A stretch of DNA of 64,000 bases from Paraspadella gotoi (taxonomy: Eukaryota > Animalia > Chaetognatha): the NCBI GenBank assembly GCA_051294375.1, contig CM119264.1:17310278-17374277 (forward strand), read 5' to 3'. Under the pieces are notes generated by a model that worked only from the letters and a program-made list of their open reading frames with translations, made no database searches and had not been told where the DNA came from. Positions 1 to 12,355 of the stretch are shown here, in pieces. The position numbers and the translations under genes were made by a program. Positions within the stretch are counted from its first letter, which is position 1. Every line of letters begins with the position of its first letter.

Positions 1-292
1 GATGATCTCCAACTTAACCGATTACAAAGTGGATGTCTAGTTTCGATTCGGTCTCTGCCTTTTGCAGCCGCCGGTTGTTCCTAAAGTTTTTTTACACTTT
101 CGGGCTACTTGGTTGTGGATATTTTGTTTTGTTTTATTTTGTTTCGTACTGTTGTTTGTACTACCGGTTTTATCGTCGGCGTCGCTGTTCTCAAAGCAAA
201 AAGAAGTGAATGTTGTTGTTATCGTTTTCGTCTGCTGTTTTTGTTCGCCTCGATTTCTTCCGTTTGTTTTTTCTTGTTTCCATTTGACGCAG

Positions 293-461
293 TTCGTCGA
301 TCTCAGCCTCGGGGTCTGGGAAAGACGTCGCCGAGCAAGTCGTCGTCCCCGACGTCATCGTCGTCATCGTCGTCGTCGTCATCACCGTCGTTTTCTTTGG
401 AAAATTTTTGTTCGAATGGGAATTACGGAGGAGGAAGAGGATCGAAAGGAAGAGCGAGTTG

Positions 462-548
<87 letters not shown>

Positions 549-706
549 TTTTTTTTTTTTTTCTCCTCTTCTCTTCTCCTCTCTCACGCCCAGAGGCGAC
601 GCGATCGGACGCCGACTTGTCTGGACGGATGGGCGACATCCCGAGCCCCGGCTCCGTGACGGCGCCGTTGACGACGAAAACGACGATGAGCACGACGACG
701 ATTTAA
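293..706 (+). CDS. 3' end (last two exons, 293-453 and 594-706) of a putative single-pass membrane protein; 5' part not identified
   Basis: Acceptor ...ttgacgcag at 292. The exon reads SSISASGSGKDVAEQVVVPDVIVVIVVVVITVVFFGKFLFEWELRRRKRIERK (hydrophobic run then basic stop-transfer cluster). It needs a GC donor (A|gcgagt at 454) and the acceptor cccag at 593 after a (CT)n tract; the phase-1 join gives KATRSDADLSGRMGDIPSPGSVTAPLTTKTTMSTTTI*. No family recognised, and the hydrophobic run overlaps a GTC repeat. Confidence 0.35.
468..546. repeat. (CT)n microsatellite
   Basis: Perfect CT run, representative of dozens in the window (e.g. about 7699-7815, 9596-9698, 10009-10094, 42999-43127). These produce the SLSLSL/ERERER pseudo-ORFs. 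Confidence 0.97.
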
Positions 707-1561
707 CCGCAAAACCAATTTGAAAGCTTTTTTTGTCTCGTTAACAGAGAAAGAATTTGTATCGCCTTTTTTCCCCCAAAAAAGTTGACGTTTGTCTAAG
801 TCATAGATTTATAGTTTTTCGCTTTTGAAGCTGTCATTGTCGTTTTGTGTTTTTTGGCGATTTGTTTCGCTCGGTTGTTTTACTGTTTGATTAGCTATCG
901 AAGAAGGAAAATTTAGTCTCAACTTAGTCTACTACGCATTATTTATGAAAAAGCTATTACATACCTACACATGCATAACATTTTCTAATTTTTATATTTT
1001 TTAAATATTTTTTTAAATCTTTTATTTGTATTTTGTTAATTTTATATTTATTTTTTATTTATAATTTAAAAATAAAATTTCACTGATTTTATGAGGAATA
1101 AAATAGAGTGATGGAGGCCTTAAACCACCAAAGCCTGTCCAAAGTCAGGGGCAAGATAGCTTATTTATTAAATGAATGGATAATTTTTATATTGGTTGTA
1201 CCAATTTCATAATAAAGATATTCGCCGCATTAGCTAAACCACTAGTGGCCTAAACTTATATTAAGTTGCAAACAAATATTCAGTTGTGCAAGTTCAACCA
1301 CTTAAATCAGAAAACAAAAGAGCAGGATATTTATATTCACAATTGATTCCTGACTACGAGATGTGGCGCCATTGGAGCAATCAGGAACTTTATTATTCCA
1401 GGGAGAAGATTTATTAAAAATAAAACTGACCCAAACTTTCACTTGATAAGTTATTAGTAACGTTACTTTCTGCGTCGTTTGAGTTTGATCTCTGACGATA
1501 TACGGTATAAAGTTATATAAAGAGTTTAGGATTCATTAAACGAAAGTTTCCCATTCAAGAT

Positions 1562-1633
<72 letters not shown>

Positions 1634-4600
1634 CCTTTGGTTTGGTCCTTATCAGCTGACTTTTTAGACTTTTACTCCAGTTGAAAGAGAACCTGAGACC
1701 ACCGAGTTTTTAATGCTTTATTACGACAAAGATGCCTTACCCTAAACCTAATAAAAGAGTAACCTTCCCTCGATTCGATTTCGCCGAGAGCATCCCCGAC
1801 CTCCCGCTACATTCCGCCTCGTCGAGGCAATGGACTGGAGAAAAACTTTTATTTGGATGGAAATGGCGTAGGTAATAGGTATTAAATTATTTTTTTCGTG
1901 CTATAGGCTATAGACTATTGTATAGTTTTTTTCGCTAATTTGGTCTTTGAGGTATGGTTAATTTTATTTTATATACTGATATTTACTGATACTGATAAAA
2001 AAAGACCATGCGGCTGATTTCCGCGAAAATGAGAATCGAGACGGGGCATTCTCGCGGGAAAACATTATCGCGTGACGTCAGCGAGGATCAAAAGGCGCGA
2101 TTTAATTGCCATCTCCGATAGGAGGAGCCAGAGGTAGACTGACTGGATTTAAAAGCTGTAAAATCTCATTCCCGTTATACTCCCACTTTATCATTTCTTT
2201 TTATTGATTTTTCTATCATTTCTTCGTTATTTCTTTATCTTCTAGCTTGCTTTTTTTAATATTTTGTACCATTTTTTTTATAAATAATATCATTCTATTT
2301 ATGGCCGTATTATTTTTTATGCTGTTGTTTCTTTATTTCTTCCTCCTCGTGTTGGCTCGTCGTTTCTCGCGTATTTTATCTCATGATTTTTACGAGCCTT
2401 TAAATTTTGACTCGGAACCTCCATTAAATTCTTTGTTCGCGACAGAAATTGCGGTAAAGTCAGAGACAACGACGGGTCTGATACCTGGTCGAATTACAGC
2501 AGGCACCAAAAATCGCGGGATGGACAGGAGGAGAAAATTAAAGCGTATTATTCGTGATATACATTGTTGCAAGAAAGTAGTTCCGATTCAGTCATTTTCG
2601 TAATTAACACGATATTATTGGTATCATTTGTGGGAAATCATTGTTAAGCACAAATATTTTTGAAGGAAAATCATTGTCAGAACTAATAAAAAAAAATAAA
2701 AAAAACAACATGAAAAAATTTAGGAATGCTTTAAAAGAGCTATTTCTATAAAAATTCTTCTAATTCTATAAAAATTACATGAAAAAAGAATTAATACAGA
2801 ATGTAACACCATGAATTAACAACGAAAATCAATTATTCTTATAAGCCAAATTAGCCCATCTTATTAGCTTCCAAATAACGATGATTTTCATACGAAGATT
2901 TTTGCCTCCCCAATCCATCCCTTTCCTCTCTAACTCGAAACATTCCGCGCCTCATGAACTTTTCCGCAAATCGTTTTAGTCTTTATCCTCGAAGAGAAAA
3001 ACAACGAAAGAAATTGGAAGATAAAGGCGAATGGCCGGCGTGCCGAATCCCTCGGCAGCCGAATTTAGCATCAGAATGAGCCTTAACTTCTAAAGAAAAA
3101 TGTTGAAAAAAGATTTTAAAAAAGGAAGATTAGCAAAGTTTTTGAATTTTTTTAAAACGATTTTATTTGTGATAAAAACTTTGTGGAAAAACTTTGCTAA
3201 TCTCATACAACAACGAAAGAAAGGATTATACCATGAATACCAAAAAAGGAAGAAAAAAAAAAACAAGATAAAACTCGTGGAGAATTATAAACCCAAATGT
3301 TAATATCATGAATCGCAGTGGAAAAAAACTTAGAAATGAAATAAAGGGTGATAAGCGTATTTTGAACCCGAAGCGAAAGCCTTACCTTGAGCGCGAACCC
3401 ACTTACCTTTAACGCGTCGTCATTCGCGCGCCACGTTGACTTCCCTTTGTTGTTTTTCCCCGCTGCTCGTCTTTTCCCTCCGATTGACTTTCTTGCGGTG
3501 AAATGGCAAACACTGGCAAAACACTTTGGGTTCGGTGGCAAACACCATAAAAACTCTTCCAAATAGGAAATGGTGAAAACTGAAATAAAGTAAACGCTGG
3601 TAAAAACCAAACATTACTGACAAATCGTTAAAGGAAAAAAATAATTTTTAGTTTTATAAATTCAATGAAAATAAAATAAAATTAACCTTAAACCTTAACC
3701 TTAAATTCGATTGTCAAATAGAAAATAAACCAGCAACGTCACTTATAGTATATATAAGGAAAAACAGAAAGAGAGAGTAATAGAGAAGAGAGAGAGAGAG
3801 AGAGAAAGTGAGAGAGAGCGTCATTCCGACTTCCGGCACATCCGGTCCTCCGGAGACCCGCGTCGGCTGACACTGAGTGTTCTTTTCATTAGTTCGGTAA
3901 CAGGAAACCGAGTGTGAACCCGACGGCGTTTGAGGTCAGCGGAGGAAGGTGGGAACCGAAGGGGGGGGGGCTGAGGAGGTAAGGGGAGGGATGGAGGAAA
4001 GAAGCGAAGGGAGGAAACGTCGAGAGACAAAATGGAGGAAAAAGATTGGAAATGGACAAGGGGATGAAGTGACGGGAGACAAAATGGAGGAAAAAAGGAA
4101 TGAAAAGAGGAAAGAAGTGTTGGAATAGATAAGAGAAGATAGGGAAATAAGAAAGGGAAAGAAATTAAAGGGAAAGAGAATGTACGGAGATAAAAGATTG
4201 GAAATGGAAAAAGAGGAAAGAAGAAGATGGAAGTGATGGAATAAATTATTGAAAATAAGGAAATAAAAAATGGAAAAGAAATGAAGGAAAACAAATTATA
4301 GACAGAGGATATAAGATAGAGGATAGAAAATAAAAGATAGAGGATAGAAGATAGAGGATAGAAAATAGAAGATAGAGGATAGAAGGAAGTGACGAAATAG
4401 AAAATAAGACTCAAAAATTAAAAATTGAAGCGAATGAAGAAGCAAAATCTGGAAATAAAAGATTGAAAATAATAATAATACATATAATACAGGATTGTAA
4501 AATAAAAAGATATTAAATGATTAAAAAACTTGTGTTCTCAAATTTAAGATAAAGATCAAAAAACAAAATGGTAATAGCCGAGGGAAAGGAAATGTTATTT

Positions 4601-6256
4601 ACTTGTATCTTTTATGAACGTCCATTAACCTATTTAAAGTTAACGTTTGAAATTTAATTATCACGTCTACAGCTTCAATTCGCAACCAGCTCGTCCACAT
4701 CAACCAACCCGTTGTCACCTTCTCTTCCTCACCCCAATCGCCTCGAGTCGGTTTTTCAAAAGCCACAACGACGTTATTAAAAATTTCAATTTCGCAATTT
4801 CTTTCCGCATTGTGCGAGCGAAGCCAAAACACTGAATTTCCTTAGAATTTCAATTCCGCTCGTTTTTTTTTCCTTCTCGAGGTTAGAAAAGAAGAAGAAG
4901 ATGAAAAAGAATAAGAAAGAATAAAAAAAAGAAGAGAAAAATAAGGAAAATAAAAAGAAGACGGAATAAAAATTCTTGCGTCCTGAGGAAGTCTCGAGTT
5001 CGAGCCTTGATCGCAGCTGAGCTAAAAATGAGAATGCCGCGGTCCGGACGTTACGTACTATGAGGTGGCATTGGAGGATATCAGGATACCGAAGTTTCGT
5101 CGTCTTCGTCGTCTTTTTCTTTTTCCATTTCCTCATCATCTTGTCCGAAACAGTCGGGATAATAATAACAACAGCAACAGTAACGGTTGATTCGCAGGGA
5201 CGACGGAAACGTTAAATATCATCGCGACGACGATGACGACGACAGCGACGACGACGACGCCCCGCGATCGCGAATCGGGTCGAAGCCAAGAAGATCCAAA
5301 GATTCGCTTCCGTCAAGTCGACCGTGAAGAAAGAAGGCGACGGGGAGGACGAATGGAGGAGGAGGAGGAGGAGGAGGAGGAGGAGGAAGACGAGGAGGAA
5401 AGGGCGGAAGTAGAAGATAAAGAGGCAGATTGGGAAGAGTAGAGGGAGGATCGAAGGTGAGACGGTGGGCAACGAAGGGAGTGGAGAAAAGGAAAGAAAA
5501 AGGGAAGAAAGGAAAGGGGTGGGTTAAGGCGGGATTTTAGAAAGAAGAGGATGGAGGAAGAGGAGGAGGAGGAGGAGAAGAAGAAGCGGGTGTCTGAGGT
5601 GGAATTCGGTTGCCAAAGAATCACAACCTGTCTTCGGCTCCGGAAGCAATGGAGTGAAGCATCAAAGGCGATGGAGCGAATTCGGAGGATGATGACGACG
5701 ATGTGGGAGGTTTGGAGGAAAAGGGAGGAAAAGGAGAGGAAAAGGAGAGGAAAGAAGATGGATGACGACATGTAGGGCGGCGGGAAAGGGCAGGGGAAGG
5801 AAGAGGAAGATGAGGTGAGGGGAGGAAAAAGAGAAAAGGGGGAGGGGAAAGAAAGGAGAAAGAGGGAAAAGTGGGAGGAGGGAGGAAAAGGGAGGAAAAG
5901 GAGAGGAAAAGGAAGTGAATGATGGAGAAGGTGGATGTCGATCGGATGGGATCAGGAAAATAGGGAGAAGGGGAGACGAGGAGCAAAGACGCCGGAAATC
6001 GGTTCGGTTTCCTTCCTTTCATTTCTCGTCTCTTNNNNNNNNNNATAATTTATTTTTGAAAATACACTAAACATCACTAATTGAAAAAGAGAATTCAAGA
6101 AAAGGACAGGAAGGAAGGAAAGGAAGGAAGGAAGGAAGGAAGGAAGAAGGAAGGAAGGAAGGAAGGAAGGAAGGAAGGAAGAAGGAAGGAAGGAATTCAA
6201 TGATTCGTTGGTTGATGAAGTCGCGATTCTTCTTCGACGACGATGAATGGAAAACA

Positions 6257-6289
<33 letters not shown>

Positions 6290-7696
6290 TAGACGGCCAA
6301 CGGACGACGTCGACGAGGAAGACGAAAAGCCGCCATTAGGCACGACGCCAACGCCTTAATCTCCTCACATTCTCGACGCCTCCATGCACTTCCGACAGCT
6401 AAAACTTAAAACTGTGACCACACTTCTCACAAACCTCTACCTCGTATGTCCGCGCGAAGCAACACGATGGGTATCACATGCATGCGGGTGCATTGCATTG
6501 CATTGCAGGCGCCTCCTACGACGATTGGCGAGAATTGCAACATCCTAGTGAGAAAGTTGATGATTATTAGTCTTTGGTAAAGTGCAACACAAGTCGGTAC
6601 AAGGCCCCCCCCCCAAAAAAAAACAAAAAAAACTACAGCTCCACTAAATACTTTTTTAAATGTCAATATTCAGCAAACCCGGTTCGTCAGAAACGTTCGA
6701 ATCATTATCGTCGACGTCACCATCTTCGCGTGGTCGTTCCACAAACTCAATAAACTATTATCAATTTTCAAACAGCTTATACCCTACGTGTACTTGTTTA
6801 GTTAAATTTGCTTTCTTCCCTTCGGAATTGAACAGAATTAAAACAATGAACTCAGGATGCAACTACTATATTTGCAAAATTACAAAGACAGCCGCACAGT
6901 CGAGTGTCGGGCGTAGTAATTTCAAAACACTTCCGACAATCGCTTTTCACCTCCATTCCTCCTTCGCTCTTTCTCTTTCCATCCTCTTACGATGGCGCCT
7001 CGTCCGCGCCGAGAAAAACAAATGCAGCGCCAAAAGTCGCCCTGGCGGACGGCGGGGGAAATGAAACGAAAAAGAGGATCTTCTCGTTCGGCGAAAGACA
7101 AGTGAACAATTGGCTGCGAGTCCTCGGGGACCGTCTCGGCGGGTCCCGATCGGTGGAGCCGAGAGGGGAGGCGGAAAGGGACTGAGAATGGGAAACTAGA
7201 GTTTCCTTCGAGTCTGGCTTAAAAACTGGGGGAAAAAAAAGAAGGTAAGTTCGGTTCGGGTGAGGTCGTCGGAAGGCGACTGGCGTCGAGCGTCTCGCTA
7301 ACGACGTTGTTTTCGTCGAGGAAAAAAGGAAAGGAAGGTTGAGGTGTGGACGAAGGTCTTTGGAGGAGGAAGGAAAGTTTTAAAGAGAAGAATTTAAAAT
7401 CGAAACATCGCGAATTTTCACGACTAGAAAGAATATATATTCGCACTTGATTGTAATTTTTATCGAATGATATCAACAAGTTTAAACGTTTGAAAATCAA
7501 TCCTAATGACTCCTACCAGCTGCCCACCATTCGGGAGAGATCCACCCCCGCGCTGAGGCAATTGAAGAGGCGAATAGTTCTTGTCTCTTCATCTCTGGGG
7601 ATTTTCGTGATTACACTTGGAACCAGAGAGAAATTTCACCATACGTTAGGTCCCTTACCTTAGAACTCATTATTTTCCGACTTCCTCAACTATCTG

Positions 7697-7819
<123 letters not shown>

Positions 7820-9061
7820 CTCTTTGTTCTCTCTCCTCTTTTCAAAAGTCAATTTTTCGTACTTACTCAATATCTATCGCTTTTAATTTATTTTTAAAAA
7901 AAATTTAAATTAAGCAAAAAACAAAAAAATCCTTCCGTCCTGCTTTTTAAGATCCCTTTCCCGCTCCGCCTCACCTCATCCCGCTGCTTCCCTCCTCACC
8001 CAAATGGAGAACCGAAGCATAAAAAAAAGATACAAAAAAAGATGGCTCCGCATAAAATTCGATGTCGTCCCATCAACGCCGGCGTTTCGGGCGCCATCCC
8101 AGTGGCGACGCGGGGATGGCGGAGAGGCGCCGCCATGCCTGAGTGACGCCGCCTCTTCCGCGCCATTCCCAAAATGGGCGAGAATCTCCGATGTCGCGAA
8201 AAAAAAAATCAAAGAGAAAAGATGACGATGCGAGATTGGCGCGTCAGGGACAGACAGTGTAGTTGAGGATTTTATTAGCAATTCACAATTATTTTAATTT
8301 CTGTCAAAAAAGATATATTTTTGTACGTTTGCTTTGGCGATGAGTATGTAAAAAGTAAAAACTTTCATCGCACCTACTGCTTTCCCGATCACCCATTCGT
8401 CGCCCTCCTCCCTTCACATCCACGTACTCAAGAGAGAAAAAAAAATCTAGTTTCACATGAGGACCGTAAATCGAAATGGGGCGACATCAAAGCGCGACGG
8501 CAGAGTTTGGAATTACCCCACTATAAAACAAAAGGTTTTCGAGGCGAGAGCGGATCGCGCCTTCGTGCGCGAAAAAGGAGCAACTCTTTACTTTCGTTAG
8601 GGAAAATTCGCCAGAGTGCCGGCACACTGTCAAAATATTTTTCGTTAAAAAAAAACAAATAGATAAATTAATAATATAAAAGAATAATAAACCTTCTACC
8701 AAACAAAAAAGCCACTTCTTAAACTGAAAGCAACTACAACATCCGCATTTTTTAACTTTCAATAATATGATTTTTTTCAACGTCCGGCGTGCTTGAGAAT
8801 GCATGACAATCTGAAAACCCCGAACTACCCCCCTCTTAACCCTGAGGTAGATCTCGACCAAGGGACGATCCTTCATTCCCGACGATAACGATCGATGACG
8901 ATTTGTTAAATTAAGCGAAAACCTCTTTTCTCTCTTCCTCTTCGTAATTACACAGCGACAAGAGGCCTTTCATTCCCAATTGACTTTTTGTTTCTGGTTT
9001 ATTTATTTTTTGAAACTTTTATTTCACGGTGGATATAAGGAGACGGGAGGGACTATGGTCG

Positions 9062-9286
9062 GAGGCCACATGGGTCGGCGGAATGTCGACGACGGCTCCT
9101 GCGGCTGCGGCGGCGCAGAGGCGGCGGTAATGACAGGCTCGGCTCGCTTGTAAAGCCAACTCACCCGTTGGTTTACGATTTAACTTTCCCGATGGTTGGT
9201 TAAACGGTGTAAGAACGCCTTGTTATTTTGCTCGTCCGCCCGGGGGAGGCTGTAGGAGCCCGCTGGCCTCGCGGCGTGGCAACCTC
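9062..9286 (+). ncRNA. Candidate rod/Y-shaped structured RNA, unidentified
   Basis: Nested long-range helices with G-U pairs on the + strand: 9062-9069/9276-9286, 9072-9080/9261-9269, a 13-bp contiguous helix 9094-9106/9248-9260, and 9129-9138/9217-9227. Two apical hairpins (9148-9178, 9179-9204). TATAA at 9034-9038 about 28 nt upstream; A14 immediately downstream. Confidence 0.4.
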
Positions 9287-9591
9287 AAAAAAAAAAAAAA
9301 TCAAACCGGTCTCCCTTGTTCTTTCAAATTTTTATTTTAGTACTATTTTTTATCGCCGTTTTTTCAACGATTTAAACGAAATTTTGATTTCGAATTATCG
9401 TATAAATCTTGAAACTTGATTCAAAGGGCGAAATCAAAAGGTGAGTTACGGGCGAAATGAGTCTCCCGAATAAAATGTCTTTAATGCGACGTGGCAGACG
9501 TTACGTACAATCGGAATCCGAGGTCTGTTTTAATAATAGTCAACGTGACCAACTCTTCCTTCATAATTTCCTTTCGAGCGGAACGGTACAC

Positions 9592-9702
<111 letters not shown>

Positions 9703-10005
9703 TTGTCGTTAATCTTTTGAAGACATTCAATTAGCGACATTAACGTTTGATACTAATTCTCCTGTCGAACAAAAGATAGCTTTGAGCAAATATTTTACAT
9801 AAATAATTATAGCGATACCAAAAAACGTAGTACGTTTACTGAATTTTCTTCCATCTGTAAATCTTGACTAGTAGCAAGTAAAGGAGACCACAGAAAACTT
9901 TATGTCTTCAAATTGGTCATTTGTCGGTGAGAAATTCAATTAAAACTTTTCTTATTCATTCCTCATGATTTGTTACGAGCATTCCCTTATTTCCTTCCTC
10001 CCTCC

Positions 10006-10097
<92 letters not shown>

Positions 10098-12355
10098 AAA
10101 ATGCCTGTGATTTTAATTTCCCTTGTCGAATTAGTTGTTTTTCTTTTCAGATTTTGACAGAAGTAAAACAACGCCTTTTTAATACAGTGACCGAAACAAC
10201 AATAATGATGGGTTCGAGAGAAGATTGTTTTAAATAAATTGATAATAAAATCATTAAGCAAGCAAGCAAACCATGAGATCTTCAATTTTATTGATTGTAA
10301 TTGAAATTATGGATGCAGTGCCTTCAGAAAAAAGAAAGTAATATTAAGCGTATTGACTTACCGTATCTCCTAATTTAAAATATTATTCTTTTGTTACACA
10401 TACTTCGAGCGCCCCGATTAAAAAAATACTATTTCTAAGCTCGACTGTTACAGCTCAGCCCGAGGAAGATAATTATTCTAATGGCGACACCTATGCGACA
10501 AAAGCACTCTTGGCAGAGTTAGCGAAAGACAGAAAGAGATGGAAACGGAGAGAAAGGGGAGAGGAAGAGAGGGGCATAAGGGATAGGAAGGGAGCGAGAG
10601 AGAGAGAGGGAGAGAAAGAGAGAGACACTAGCACCCCCATGGCGTCGCTGATTTAATTTCGCTGCCTTTAATGGCGCCAAACGACCCTAGATCGAGTAGG
10701 ATTCAGGATGGGAATAATTATCTCGGCGTCGTCGTCATTTGCGGCGGGGGCTGCGGCGGCGGCGGCGGAAACGGCGGAGGAGGCGGCGGCGAAAAGGAGG
10801 CGGCGTCGAAGGCGGTGGGTGGGAGGAAAGCCGCAAACGAGCGAGGAAGAATCGACTCGGAGGTGGAAAATCGGTCGCCGGGACATAAGACGACGCCGTG
10901 TTGATTATATTTTTGCAAAAGGAATAACAGGTATGGAATTTACATGGAAGCATATGCTTCAATAAAACAAAGAAAAAGGTCAACAAAAACTAAAGATCGA
11001 AAATCGATATTAATTATCCCTCCTCGGTCGATTAAGAGTCATGGCTGACGTATTTTATTGATTTTGATTTTCGTTTTACAACGCATCGTAAATTTTTCAT
11101 TATTTTCCCTTTAAGTACCAAATTTCTTGCACTTTGGATTAAGCCCTAGAATATTGCACGATTTTGGGACCGTTTTTTTTTATTAGCGTAATGCTATGAC
11201 AACAAAATATAATATAATTTAATTAAGAGCAGCGATTTCTATAAATTACCGCTTTTTGCAAAATACTTTCTGCTTTCTACTTATTTTGGAACGGAGATGT
11301 AACTCGTAAAAGAACTAAAAATTAATTGGAAACGGAAGGGAAACTTGTAGCTTTAATTCGCGCTTACAGTTAGTAGCGGTTATCGCAGCGTGTTAATTTT
11401 TTGGGAGGTCCCCCTTCCAGAAGAATTACGTCGGTTAAACATGCGAAGAAAATGTACGGGGAGAGCAGATCTGGAGCCGCCCCTTTATTACCAGTGGGAA
11501 ACCCATAAAAAGCCTACCTGTAATTAATTTAATGAAAAAAAATCTTAACGACGCAGAGAAAGAGGTTTGGATGGGAATACTTTTCTGGTTTTTAGATTGG
11601 ACTTACTTATTTGTTTCTGGAAGGTTGTTCTGTTATTCCTTATTTCTGATGTTTGAACTAAGAGCGAGTCCATTGACAATGGACATAATTCATATTCATA
11701 GAGAGTTCATTGAAGGTTTAAAACATTAAAGGATTTTATGACCAATTTTAGGTAATAAAACAAAAACATGAATTTACCTTTTTTCTTTTTTTGCATGCGC
11801 TCATACTCGTAAGATGTCAGATCGGTTTGGTCCTCATTTTAAAAGTAAACAAAAGACAATGTGGGAGAAGCGAAGATGGGAATGAAAGAAATTCAATTTA
11901 AAATCCCCCTTCTTTAAAAAATTTTTACAAATACGCTTCAATCTGAAAATTATCATATCATAATTCTTTAAAATTAATTAATACAAAATAATTCTGTAAA
12001 TTTAACGAATTAAGAATTTAAAAAAAAAATCATTTAAACTCAAAATGAATTATAACTAAATTATTAACGAATTTTCTCGAGTCGCAATGACAATAAATTT
12101 AGGAGCAACGTATTAAATGAGAAACTAGAATTACCTGTAAAATGGATATTCAATAATCAACCATAGTGAATGACTAATTCAGTATAATTACTGAAGTTCT
12201 TTCAATGAAATAAAATTGCAAATTCCAAATAAAATTGTAATTTCCAAATAAAATTTTTGATACTTTAAATCGAAAAAAAGGTTAGAAATATTCACAGATC
12301 CTAATTGAAACAAAAACTAAGGGGAACATATACATCAGTGTATCTTATTCGACAT

